A stretch of DNA of 64,000 bases from an uncultured Veillonellaceae bacterium (GCA_963805085.1 CAWDTA010000002.1:960001-1024000); one strand, 5' to 3'; numbered from the stretch's first letter, positions 8,360 through 17,951 are shown. Numbers and translations are program-made. The notes: a model not told the origin generated them from the sequence alone.

Positions 8360-10234
8360 ATGTCATTACGGAATGCTATCAAACAGCTAAATGCAGCCGA
8401 TGAACAATTAGAAAAGATGTTAATTAGTAGATTGAAATTTCAGCCGCAAAGTAAAATGAAGTTTGATTTTACGGCTATAATTAGCCAAGATCTCAAGTTT
8501 CTTTATATAAGTTCGATGGGACTTAGGGTTTTAGGTTTAAAGCCTATTAATGTTTTAGGTAAAAACTGGAATCAAATTAATTTGCCACTTGCTGAGTTTG
8601 AGGAAGTAGAGAAAAAAATAAAAGAGCTATTTGATACAGGAGCCATTGCAAATAACAATGATATAGGGTCATTTAATATAGGGCAAAATTATTATTTTGA
8701 GTATCTACTTAGTCCCGTTTATACATCTAATGGAGATTTTGAAGCTGTAATGTGCACTTTTACAGATATTACTGAGAGAAAAATAGCAAAACTAACTTTT
8801 GATGATCCTATTACACAAATTAATCAGTTAATTGATTTGTGTCCAATACCAGCTTTTTTAGTTGATAAAGAAGGGAAAATAACTATTGTAAATGAAGAAT
8901 TTATAAAAGACTTTTCATTAAGTCAAAGTGATCTTATTGGTAAGCATTATGGATTTATTACTAAATATTTAGGACTTAAACCTAAGCAATCGGTAGTTAC
9001 CAAAGCGTTAAAGGGAATTAAAACATTCAAGAGATTATCTATATCTGAAAATAGTTTTTTGCTAAGCGCAACACCATTAAGGGAGCAAGCAACAGGAGCG
9101 GTTTTAGGAGCTATCATAATAAGTAGTAATATTACGGATTATGAAAAAATTAGAGAAAAAGATGATGAACGGCGACAGAATATCTTAAAACAATATTTAA
9201 CTGAAAATAAAAAGCTAAACCAATTAATTGAATTATGCCTGTTAGGAATTGTTTTGTATGATAATCAAGGGAATGTTATTGAATTAAATAGTGCACATAG
9301 TGAATGTATAGAAAATTTCAAAAGGGAAAAATTCTTAGGTAGAACGGGTTCCTATCTTCTTGAGGCATTAGGATTAAATTGGGAAAACTCACCTTGCAGT
9401 CTAGCTTTGAAAGGGATAGAAACATTAGATCATTATTGTAAAAGCAAATATGGAAAGCGTTATCTAGTAAATGCGATTCCACTTCGAGATTACCAGAATA
9501 CAATTATAGGTGCCATGACAATAATTCACGATATTACTGAATATGAAAAACTTAAGGAACAAATGACAAATCTTGATCGTTTAAATCTTGTGAGCGAAAT
9601 GGCAGCAGGCGTAGCGCATGAGATAAGAAATCCAATGACAGTGATAAAAGGCTATCTACAATTCCTTGGAAAAAGCGTTCCAGATAGTATCAGGGAACAG
9701 TTTTGTATTGTTTTGAGTGAAGTAGGGCGAATTGAGTCGATTATTACTGATTTTCTTTCTCTAGCTGGTAATAAAATAGTAGAGAATAAAGAGCAAAACT
9801 TAAATGCTATTATAGAAGGAATTATTCCATTAATAATGACGGACGCAACGGAGCGAGGTATTGAGTTGAAAATCAATCTAGCTGAAGAATTACCCTGTCT
9901 TATGTTAAATGCAAAGGAAATTAAACAATTGCTTTTAAACTTGACAAGAAATGGAATTGAAGCTATGGGGCAGCAGGGAACACTACTTATTGAGAGTTTC
10001 GCGGCAGGTGATGAAATCTCCTTATGTGTTGAGGATTCTGGTTGTGGGATTCGCAAAGAAGATCAGGAAAAAATATTTGATCCTTTTTTCACAACGAAAG
10101 ATGATGGTACGGGGTTAGGACTATCCGTTTGTGCAGGAATTGTGCGGCGCAATAATGGCAGGATAAAGGTGCAATCGAAGCAAGGTAAGGGGACTCGATT
10201 CACAATTAATTTTAATGCAGTATGTGTAAAATAA
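8360..10234 (+). CDS. Orphan cytoplasmic multi-PAS histidine kinase (KinA/E-like H-box)
   Basis: AGGAGG RBS before ATG 8360; three PAS modules ending DIT/NIT; AHEIRNPMT; DSGCGI; FDPFFTTK; GTGLGL. Confidence 0.9.
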   Translation: MSLRNAIKQLNAADEQLEKMLISRLKFQPQSKMKFDFTAIISQDLKFLYISSMGLRVLGLKPINVLGKNWNQINLPLAEFEEVEKKIKELFDTGAIANNNDIGSFNIGQNYYFEYLLSPVYTSNGDFEAVMCTFTDITERKIAKLTFDDPITQINQLIDLCPIPAFLVDKEGKITIVNEEFIKDFSLSQSDLIGKHYGFITKYLGLKPKQSVVTKALKGIKTFKRLSISENSFLLSATPLREQATGAVLGAIIISSNITDYEKIREKDDERRQNILKQYLTENKKLNQLIELCLLGIVLYDNQGNVIELNSAHSECIENFKREKFLGRTGSYLLEALGLNWENSPCSLALKGIETLDHYCKSKYGKRYLVNAIPLRDYQNTIIGAMTIIHDITEYEKLKEQMTNLDRLNLVSEMAAGVAHEIRNPMTVIKGYLQFLGKSVPDSIREQFCIVLSEVGRIESIITDFLSLAGNKIVENKEQNLNAIIEGIIPLIMTDATERGIELKINLAEELPCLMLNAKEIKQLLLNLTRNGIEAMGQQGTLLIESFAAGDEISLCVEDSGCGIRKEDQEKIFDPFFTTKDDGTGLGLSVCAGIVRRNNGRIKVQSKQGKGTRFTINFNAVCVK

Positions 10235-10554
10235 TTCAGAATCGTGTCCAAAGCAATGATTCTAACGATACATTCAATTCATAGATAGTGAAATTGTTGT
10301 CGGGGCATCTTACTAAATTAAGAAGACACAATGAAAAAGGAAATGCTCAATAGTAGTTTAGTGGAGAAAAATAAAAAGGGCAAAAGATACTAACTTTTAA
10401 AAGATTAAAGAAAACTATATGCAATAATAGAAAAAAAGTGTAGAATTTAAATATAGATTTTTTAGTGAAAAATATGGAAGTAAGATAAAAAGTTGTGATT
10501 ACTTTGGTGTGGGTAAATATGGATGATGAAACAATCTGAACTTTTATAGTAGGA

Positions 10555-11046
10555 GTGAAGAAGATGAAAGCCTTCAAAAGAATCTTGGCATTATTGGTAT
10601 TTTGCTTGTTGTTGTCGCCGACGCAAGTTGGATTGTGCTCTAGCATAGTAACCCAGCTAGAGAGTTTTAGTGAACTAGAGGCGTTATTGACGAAACTAGA
10701 TAGTCTTAGTAATAGCGTGGATGCAGAGATTACTGAGAAAACAGATTTAACAAAAGCAGCAAAAACTTCAGTGGCAGCTGTGGAGGGATCTAGTGAAGAC
10801 GATAGCGATTTGAGTCAGTTAAGTCAATTAAAACAATTAGCGCAACTGAAAACACAGTTATCAACGCTAAAATCACAATTGGCCAGTGTAAAATCAAAGT
10901 TAGGAACAACCAAGAGTTCTTTGAGCACGGCGGATAAGTCATTAAGTGGACTAACTGATGACCTCAAAACAAAGATTCTCAAAGCTACATTACAAAGTGA
11001 TTCGCTGGGAATTGCTGCATTAAGTGCGTTACTTAAAATAGTTTAG
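10555..11046 (+). CDS. Exported coiled-coil low-complexity protein
   Basis: AGGAG RBS, signal peptide, SQL/KQL/TQL repeats, hydrophobic C-terminus. Confidence 0.7.
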   Translation: MKKMKAFKRILALLVFCLLLSPTQVGLCSSIVTQLESFSELEALLTKLDSLSNSVDAEITEKTDLTKAAKTSVAAVEGSSEDDSDLSQLSQLKQLAQLKTQLSTLKSQLASVKSKLGTTKSSLSTADKSLSGLTDDLKTKILKATLQSDSLGIAALSALLKIV

Positions 11047-11180
11047 AGCAAAATTTTAGCCTTTTGATATGTTTTTCAGAAGTCTTTGTTCTTTTGTTAA
11101 ACTATGCTAAGAATAAATTATATGTCTATATACAGGAATTTATATCAATGATAAAATAAGGTATAAGTTTAAAGTGAGGT

Positions 11181-11525
11181 ATGCGGGCAGTGACGAATGA
11201 AGAATTTCAGAAGCTGGTATTAGAAAAATTAAGCGGAATAGAATCGAAATTTGATAATTTAGAATCAGAAGTTAGTAGTTTAAAATCAAATATTGGTGGT
11301 TTAGAAACAAGATTTGATGGTTTAGAAGAACAAATAAAAGAAAATACTGACATTATTAAGGCAATTCGTCATAATCAAGAATTTGGTATAGCCAAGTTAG
11401 AAGCATTAGTATTAAATACAGCTAGTAAAGATTCTATTGTAAAACTTGATGCAAAGTTTGATGTGCTTAATGATAGATTATTCCAACAAGAAGCGGATTT
11501 GAAAATTTTAAAAGCAGTTAAATAA
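11181..11525 (+). CDS. Coiled-coil hypothetical protein
   Basis: Heptad repeats (KFDNLES, RFDGLEE, KFDVLND); start may be GTG at 11190. Confidence 0.75.
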   Translation: MRAVTNEEFQKLVLEKLSGIESKFDNLESEVSSLKSNIGGLETRFDGLEEQIKENTDIIKAIRHNQEFGIAKLEALVLNTASKDSIVKLDAKFDVLNDRLFQQEADLKILKAVK

Positions 11526-11731
11526 TATAGAGATCTATGAGGTATTGGCTGAGGCTGATAACGTTATTTTTTTATTTGATAATATAGAAATAATCACAAG
11601 TGTTAATATTTTTGAATTAGCCTGGAGCTTTTGCATATGGAATGATAAGGAGCATTATTGTTTGACAGCTAAATTAGGGACCTTATCATATTAAAATAAA
11701 AAACAAACAGTAAAAATCATTTTTATGATTT

Positions 11732-12100
11732 TTACTGTTTGTTTTTTTTCTTTGTATCCCAAAAAAGAATATCGAGGAAAGCTTTAATTTTAGCTTTATC
11801 ATTTTCACTTAGTGGCGTACCGTTAAAAAAAACTTCTGGCTGTTCTAGAAGTTTGAATATATCATTATGAGTTTTATGGTGTTGATTGGGTAGGTTTATT
11901 TGGACGGTATTGTTATTTAATAAATAATCAACTGTAACTTTAAAGAAATTAGCTAGGAGTAAAAGAGTTGCATTATCTGGTTCGCGTTTTCCTATCTCAT
12001 AATGAGCATAGGTGCCCCGCGGAATGCCTAAAATATCTGCTAATTTCTGTTGTGTTAAGCTTTTGTCTTTTCTTAATTTTTTTAGCATTTGACCTAACAA
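11732..12100 (-). CDS. XRE-family HTH repressor (ImmR/phage-repressor-like)
   Basis: LKKLRKDKSLTQQKLADILGIPRGTYAHYEIGKREP..VTVDYLL; C-terminal FNGTPLSENDK. Confidence 0.9.
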   Translation of the reverse strand: MLGQMLKKLRKDKSLTQQKLADILGIPRGTYAHYEIGKREPDNATLLLLANFFKVTVDYLLNNNTVQINLPNQHHKTHNDIFKLLEQPEVFFNGTPLSENDKAKIKAFLDILFWDTKKKNKQ

Positions 12101-12127
12101 AGCTCATCACAACCTTTCCTGTAATTT

Positions 12128-12224
12128 ATTATATAGGTAGCGGTTTGCTACTAAAATGCTTTGTAGCAATAAGATACAATTTGACCTGTAAAACATTGAC
12201 ATAGTAGCGTAACGCTACTATAAT
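12128..12224. promoter_or_regulatory. Divergent promoters with three GTAGC-N5-GCTAC operators
   Basis: Operators at 12137-12151, 12163-12177 (1 mismatch) and 12204-12218; + strand TTGACA(12196)-N17-TATAAT(12219); - strand TATAAT at 12133-12128. Confidence 0.85.
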
Positions 12225-12359
12225 TAATTGTGATTATTTAGTAGAAAGTAATAGATATAGTAAAACCCTGTCGATAATTTTCCTTTGAGTATTTTAAAAT
12301 AAAATTAGTTAAAAGTGCTAACAACTGATAGTTAAATAAGTAAAGGAAGTGATAAAATC

Positions 12360-13448
12360 GTGGGAAAAATAAATATTGATTTACATAATGTTATTCCTGG
12401 AATGATTACAGCAGAACCGGTTTTATCTAATGACAAGCAAATTATCTTGCAAAGCGATACAGAGATAACGAGTCATCTAATTAACTTGCTTTGTAAGTGG
12501 GGCATTAATTATCTCTGTATAAGACAAGTTAATAAAAAATATAAACGAAATGATGATCGTAATACTTATTTGTTTTACAATGAACAGAATGAAGAGGGAG
12601 CAAAGTTTTTAACGAAATATCGTAAGATATCAAGCAAAAGTAATAGTCTTTTTGAATATTTACGCAATAATGATTATTTACCTTATGATGTTTTTTATGA
12701 TTTAGCTTATGATGATTTGTATCAGCTTATCAGCGAAAAAAATATTTTATCATATTTATATAAGGTAAAGCCACCGCTAGATTATACCTACCTTCATGCG
12801 ATTAACGTTGGTATTATAGCAGGTTTAGTTGGTCGATGGAGTGGCTGCGAAGAAGAAACTGTAAAAATGTTGATTTTAGCAGGATTAATGCATGATATTG
12901 GCAAAGTGAAAATTCCGCAGACGATTTTGGAAAGTATAAACCCATTAAGTGGCCATGAACGAAGCTTGATAGAACTTCATCCCGTATATGGTTATCATAT
13001 GGTCAAAAATATTAATAATATCGCACCCGAGATACAATGTGCTATCTTACAGCATCATGAACGTGACAATGGCTGTGGCTATCCGAGAGGTCTTTATAGT
13101 AATGGGATTCACTATTTTGCTAAAATTGTTGCGGTTGCGGATGTGTATGATGCGATGACATCGAATCGCATTTATAAGGATAGTGTCACTCCGTTTGATG
13201 CACTAGAGGTACTTGTCAATGATATGTTTACGCAATTCAGTGGTGAGTATTGTAAAGTTTTTATTCGCCATGCAATCAGTGTTTTGACCAATTCGACTGT
13301 TTTATTAAGTGATAAGACACAAGCTGAAGTACTGCATTTTGATTGTTTTATGTCGACTAAACCGGTGGTGAAAAAAATAGATGGAACTTTACTTGATTTA
13401 AACCGAACAGATACTGTTTCTATTGTTGAAGTTGTAAAATTTGCATAG
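12360..13448 (+). CDS. HD-GYP cyclic dinucleotide phosphodiesterase
   Basis: YLHAINV, MHDIGK, HHERDNGCGYP, VADVYDAMTS. Confidence 0.9.
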   Translation: MGKINIDLHNVIPGMITAEPVLSNDKQIILQSDTEITSHLINLLCKWGINYLCIRQVNKKYKRNDDRNTYLFYNEQNEEGAKFLTKYRKISSKSNSLFEYLRNNDYLPYDVFYDLAYDDLYQLISEKNILSYLYKVKPPLDYTYLHAINVGIIAGLVGRWSGCEEETVKMLILAGLMHDIGKVKIPQTILESINPLSGHERSLIELHPVYGYHMVKNINNIAPEIQCAILQHHERDNGCGYPRGLYSNGIHYFAKIVAVADVYDAMTSNRIYKDSVTPFDALEVLVNDMFTQFSGEYCKVFIRHAISVLTNSTVLLSDKTQAEVLHFDCFMSTKPVVKKIDGTLLDLNRTDTVSIVEVVKFA

Positions 13449-13493
13449 ATATCAACCAGTTTATTAACTTGATAAAAATATTAGCGTTTTTTC

Positions 13494-13526
13494 CCCTCCA
13501 AGTATTTGCATGGAGGGTTTTTTTTT
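13494..13526 (+). terminator. Intrinsic terminator
   Basis: CCCTCCA-N10-TGGAGGG followed by T9. Confidence 0.75.
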
Positions 13527-13546
13527 GTGTAAAAATTTTCCATTAA

Positions 13547-13575
13547 GCACCCTTTGTTATCGCCTACATATTATG
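13547..13575 (+). promoter_or_regulatory. SigK-type sporulation promoter
   Basis: GCAC(13547-13550)-N16-CATATTAT(13567) matches AC-N16-CATAnnnT. Confidence 0.55.
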
Positions 13576-13627
13576 TAATATGGGTTGGGAAATAGACCAT
13601 AACCTAAAAACTTTAGGGGGGAAAATA

Positions 13628-13903
13628 ATGGCATCTCTTATTTATACTGCATCTGAAGGAATCACTAGTGCTAATGAAGGTTCGATTGTTACCATAACAA
13701 TTACTAATAACAATGCTACTGCAGCAGTTACAAACTTTATTGTTACTGCTATCTATGAAGGGACTACTACGGAATATATTTGGTCAGAAACTGTTGCTAC
13801 ACTAGCTGCAGCGGCTTCAACATCATTTGATTTATCTATCGATAATGAGACTTATAGTGCAAGCAATTTGCATGTAGGTATAGGTTTTACAAATACGATT
13901 TAA
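13628..13903 (+). CDS. Small Thr/Ala-rich beta protein, possibly spore-surface
   Basis: GGGGGG RBS before ATG 13628; from this start the protein is acidic with no Lys/Arg; SigK-like promoter upstream. Confidence 0.65.
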   Translation: MASLIYTASEGITSANEGSIVTITITNNNATAAVTNFIVTAIYEGTTTEYIWSETVATLAAAASTSFDLSIDNETYSASNLHVGIGFTNTI

Positions 13904-14090
13904 TAAATTTGGGGGATTGGAATAGCAATTTCGAACCCTCTTACATAGAATGATTTATCAGATATATATCATTTCTGATAATCACGTTAAAGTCAGATAA
14001 GTGGTAGATCATAGAATGCAAAAGTTATGGTTAAAAATTTTACGTAGAAGCAAGTGATTTTGATATATGTTAAATAAGGAGTGTCACTTG

Positions 14091-14687
14091 ATGGCAGTTA
14101 TCAACATTCCGGCAAAGAAAAGTTTAACTTTATCAAATAAAGTTCCAACTGGAAATATACAAGAGAAAAAAATAATTGTTGGTAGCGAAAATAAATATAC
14201 GTATTATAGCTACCTCTTTTTTGATACGAGTATGATTCCTGGCGATATAGTGTTATTATCAGCGATGTTGGTATTATTTAAGGTTGCCGATTTTTTTAAT
14301 TCCCCAACTCCAAAATTTTCTGTGTATCCTCTACTAAAGCAATTTAGCTCTTTTACGACTTACGAAAATAGCTGTCCAATAGACTTAGATCCAATACTAA
14401 AACAAGAGTTTCTACCCTTTACAAATGATGTAGCCATTGAGGTGAATATAACTGCATTATTTCATAAGTGGATTAACAATACTTTCGTAAATAGAGGTAT
14501 TGCCATCAAAGATGGCACCTATACCAAACCCTGTATCTTAAGTCATACTTGCTTTGGCTCGGCTTATTGTAAGGATAATATGTTGATTCCCTTTATACGA
14601 GTCCATTTTAGGCAAAATCCTTATGGCTGTTTTTTACCGCAACCGATAAGTTATACTGCGTCAGTGATGCCTCCTGTTCGTGAATGA
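14091..14687 (+). CDS. DNRLRE/CBM96-like domain protein
   Basis: SYLFFDTSMIP..LLSAMLVLFK, VNITALFHKW..NRGIAIK, PFIRVHF pattern; AAGGAG RBS. Confidence 0.7.
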   Translation: MAVINIPAKKSLTLSNKVPTGNIQEKKIIVGSENKYTYYSYLFFDTSMIPGDIVLLSAMLVLFKVADFFNSPTPKFSVYPLLKQFSSFTTYENSCPIDLDPILKQEFLPFTNDVAIEVNITALFHKWINNTFVNRGIAIKDGTYTKPCILSHTCFGSAYCKDNMLIPFIRVHFRQNPYGCFLPQPISYTASVMPPVRE

Positions 14688-14759
14688 TTTTTATAATTAC
14701 TATTTTTACCTAATGAAAATTTGTAATGCAATAAATGTAGACTTACATCAATAGGTTTG

Positions 14760-14964
14760 ACAAAAAAATGCTTTTGATATTATGGCAAAAGGGATCTCAA
14801 AAGGCGAAGCACTGCGGTTTTTATCACAAAATATGGGCTTTGATTTGAATAAAACCGCAGTTTTTGGTGATAATTATAACGATATTAGTATGATGAAGTT
14901 GGTTGGTTATCCAATTGCGGTAGCAAATGCCGATATTTTTATTTTTTATACCAAAGCATTATAG
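14760..14964 (+). pseudogene. C-terminal fragment of a Cof-type HAD phosphatase
   Basis: FDIMAKGISKGEAL and VFGDNYNDISMM..AVANA (motifs III/IV); N-terminal DxD part absent. Confidence 0.8.
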
Positions 14965-15203
14965 TAAGGGATGCTTTAATTTTAGAAGTTGTTGCTTTTA
15001 GCTAATGAATCTTTGTAAAATTGCCATCGTTTGCAGAAATAATTGTCTTATCAAATTATTTTTTATAGCTAAGAAGCTCTAAAAGTGCTGGTTAAAACTC
15101 AATAGAGGTTTTCCGTTGGTTCTGACGAAGTCCTTTAGTATCAAACATTGATCGTCGAAGAGAAGTTAGTTGGTTATTTTTATGAAATGGGGAATTTAAA
15201 AAT

Positions 15204-16214
15204 ATGAAAGTTGCAATCATTTCACCAATTGCGTGGAGGACACCACCGCGGCATTATGGCCCTTGGGAAAGAGTGGTTTCATTATTGGCAGAAGGTCTGG
15301 TTAGAGAGAATATTGATGTGACACTTTATGCTACTGGCGATTCAATAACGAACGCTAAGCTCAGAAGTGTATGTAAAGCACCTTATGAAGAAGACAGAGA
15401 GCTGGATGCCAAGGTTTGGGAGTCGCTACATATATCCGAGATAATGGAGCAGGCAAATGAATTTGATATAATCCATAATAATTATGATTTTTTACCGTTA
15501 ACTTATAGTGGGCTAATAAAAACTCCTGTTTTAACAACGATACATGGGTTTTCTTCAGCTAAGATTTTACCTGTCTATAAAAAATATAATAAAAAAACAC
15601 AGTATGTTTCAATCAGTAATGCTGATAGAAATAGTGAACTTGACTATATAAGGACTGTGTACCATGGTATAGATATAGAAAAATTTACATTAAATAAACA
15701 ACGTGGCAATTATTTGGTTTATTTCGGAAGAATACATAGGGATAAGGGAACTTTTGAGGCGATACAAGTTGCTAAAAAAGCAAAAATGAAACTTGTGATT
15801 GCGGGTATTGTGCAGGATCAGGTTTATTATAAAGAGTGCGTAGAGCCATATCTGAATGAAGATATTTGTTATATTGGATCAGTGGGACCTGAGGAAAGAA
15901 ACAAGGTATTAGGTAATGCATATGCCTTATTACATCCGATTAATTTCAATGAACCGTTTGGTCTTAGTATCGTTGAAGCAATGGCTTGCGGAACGCCTGT
16001 CATTGCCTTTAATAAGGGGTCTATGCCTGAAATTATTCAAGAGGGCATTAACGGGTTTATGGTATCAAATGTAGAAGAAATGACTGAAAAAATTAGAGAC
16101 ATCATGAATATTTCCCGGAAAGATTGCCGTAAAACGGTGGAATGTAGATTTACACAGGAAAAAATGGTAAAAGAATATATTGAAGTCTATAAAGAAATAT
16201 TACAAAAATCATAG
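15204..16214 (+). CDS. Glycosyltransferase family 4 (AviGT4-like)
   Basis: TPPRHYGPWERVV, FGRIHRDKG, EPFGLSIVEAMACGTPV. Confidence 0.92.
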   Translation: MKVAIISPIAWRTPPRHYGPWERVVSLLAEGLVRENIDVTLYATGDSITNAKLRSVCKAPYEEDRELDAKVWESLHISEIMEQANEFDIIHNNYDFLPLTYSGLIKTPVLTTIHGFSSAKILPVYKKYNKKTQYVSISNADRNSELDYIRTVYHGIDIEKFTLNKQRGNYLVYFGRIHRDKGTFEAIQVAKKAKMKLVIAGIVQDQVYYKECVEPYLNEDICYIGSVGPEERNKVLGNAYALLHPINFNEPFGLSIVEAMACGTPVIAFNKGSMPEIIQEGINGFMVSNVEEMTEKIRDIMNISRKDCRKTVECRFTQEKMVKEYIEVYKEILQKS

Positions 16215-16222
16215 TCCTAAAA

Positions 16223-16266
16223 AATATTACCCTATATTCATAAAAGTATAGGGTAATATTTTTTTT
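16223..16266 (+). terminator. Intrinsic terminator
   Basis: AATATTACCCTATA...TATAGGGTAATATT followed by T tract. Confidence 0.75.
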
Positions 16267-16310
16267 GTCCAATTAGAATATACAATTGTTTGTTCAAGGA
16301 AAACGATTAT

Positions 16311-16339
16311 TTGACGCAAAGCCTTATTTGTAGTATAAT
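16311..16339 (+). promoter_or_regulatory. sigmaA promoter of the GH130 gene
   Basis: TTGACG-N17-TATAAT. Confidence 0.75.
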
Positions 16340-16355
16340 AAATTATAAATTGTTA

Positions 16356-16470
16356 GACCTACTGATGATTAGCGACAATACTATATTGTGTTTTAACCAC
16401 CACGGGATAAGTTACTGGGTGTGATACTATCACATTCGCCGGCTCGTGCCGAATATCCAGGCGTAGGGGG
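16356..16470 (+). ncRNA. Candidate structured cis-regulatory leader, family not recognised
   Basis: Nested stems CCTAC/GTAGG, ACAATA/TATTGT, CTGGGT/ATCCAG, TGTGAT/ATCACA, CGGC/GCCG; the outer stem overlaps the SD. Confidence 0.45.
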
Positions 16471-16479
16471 TTTTTTTTT

Positions 16480-17487
16480 GTGGGAAAAAATAGATTTGAA
16501 ACAAACTTAAAAGGACATAATAACGAATATAAAGAACTTTTTCTAAGAAATCCTAAGAATCCTATTTTATCAGCAAAGGATTGGCCTTATCCAGCGAATG
16601 CAGTATTCAATCCGGCGGCGACAATGTTTCATGGTAAAGTTTTATTGCTTGCTCGCGTAGAGGATCGGCGGGGTTTTTCTCACTTTACGAAAGCAATTAG
16701 TGACGATGGAATTGGTAATTGGCAGATTGATAGAGTGCCGACGTTGGAGCCAGATCCGAAGAATTACCCCGAAGAACAATGGGGAATTGAAGATCCTAGG
16801 ATTACGTGGCTTGATGAGTTAGACAAGTGGGCGATAACTTATACTGCCTATTCTCGTGGTGGCCCACTTGTGGCTATGGCACTGACGAATGACTTTGTAA
16901 ATTTTGAGAGATTCGGACCAATTATGCCGCCGGAAGATAAGGATGCTGCACTTTTTCCACGCAAGATAAATGGGAAATGGGCGCTTATTCATAGACCAAT
17001 TACCGCAAACTATGTACCTGGCGCACATATATGGTTGTCAGCTTCCGATGACTTCGCCCATTGGGGCGATCGCCAGGTGTTAATGCACGCTCGGCGAGGT
17101 GGATGGTGGGATGGTGGGAAAATTGGTCTCGCAGCACCACCGATTGAAACAGCGGAAGGCTGGATACTTTTTTATCACGGAGTGAGGCAGACTGCCTCTG
17201 GTTCAATCTATCGATTGGGGCTGGCACTGTTGGATTTGGAAAATCCTACAAAAGTATTGCATCGAAGTGACGAATGGGTTTTTGGTCCAACTGAGTGGTA
17301 TGAAAGGGAAGGGGACGTTGATGACGTAGTCTTTCCGAGTGGCTGGGTTTTAGATGCTAAGACGGGAACACTAAAAATGTATTATGGTGGGGCAGATTCG
17401 TGTATTGCTTTGGCTACGACCAATGTAGGCGATTTGCTGGAATATATTAAGAAGTGCCCGGAACCGTTGGACCAAGCGCTTTATTAA
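16480..17487 (+). CDS. GH130 beta-mannoside phosphorylase/glycosidase
   Basis: NAVFNPAA, EQWGIEDPRITW, EDKDAALFP, HRP, KIGLAAPP, YHGV, EREGDVDDVVFP, YYGGAD. Confidence 0.9.
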   Translation: MGKNRFETNLKGHNNEYKELFLRNPKNPILSAKDWPYPANAVFNPAATMFHGKVLLLARVEDRRGFSHFTKAISDDGIGNWQIDRVPTLEPDPKNYPEEQWGIEDPRITWLDELDKWAITYTAYSRGGPLVAMALTNDFVNFERFGPIMPPEDKDAALFPRKINGKWALIHRPITANYVPGAHIWLSASDDFAHWGDRQVLMHARRGGWWDGGKIGLAAPPIETAEGWILFYHGVRQTASGSIYRLGLALLDLENPTKVLHRSDEWVFGPTEWYEREGDVDDVVFPSGWVLDAKTGTLKMYYGGADSCIALATTNVGDLLEYIKKCPEPLDQALY

Positions 17488-17603
17488 TCGAAATGGATGA
17501 ATTGAATAAGATATAAAAATCGTAATAAATTATAAGGAAATTTGAAGAAAGTAAGAGGATGAAATGCAGTTGATAAAACAATTGCAATCTTCACGAGGGA
17601 AAT

Positions 17604-17951
17604 ATGAGACTATATCATTTTACTACAGAGGAAAAATTGGAACAAATAATAGAAAAGGGCTGTATAGACCTTTCAAGTGAAGGCGTGGTATGGCTAACTA
17701 AGAATAAAGAACTTGAAGCGCAGCAATGGACAGAAGAAGAAAATGCAAAATTTAGGATAAGCGTTTCGCTTCTCAATATATCACATTTCGGCAAAACTGC
17801 ACCACGTCAGGAGTTGCTGCAAGGGGCAGCAGATTGGTATACAACAAAGCAGCCAATATTAGAAAAATTATGGGTTGATATTGAATGGTTCAAGAACAAT
17901 CATTGGGGTATTTATAAGGGTCTGAGTTATAAGAATAAAAAACGTAAATAA
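17604..17951 (+). CDS. Small hypothetical protein with ADP-ribosyltransferase-fold-like motifs
   Basis: GAGGGA RBS; LYHFT..I..KG.I...VWLT pattern. Confidence 0.55.
   Translation: MRLYHFTTEEKLEQIIEKGCIDLSSEGVVWLTKNKELEAQQWTEEENAKFRISVSLLNISHFGKTAPRQELLQGAADWYTTKQPILEKLWVDIEWFKNNHWGIYKGLSYKNKKRK

Noticed and set aside
10347-10646. 99-aa minus-strand ORF
   Set aside because: AT-rich Phe/Ile composition; overlaps the promoter and start of the 10555 gene
16313-16323. GACGCAAAGCC as a c-di-GMP-I riboswitch
   Set aside because: It lies within the promoter -35/spacer, and the flanking P2/P3 stems are absent
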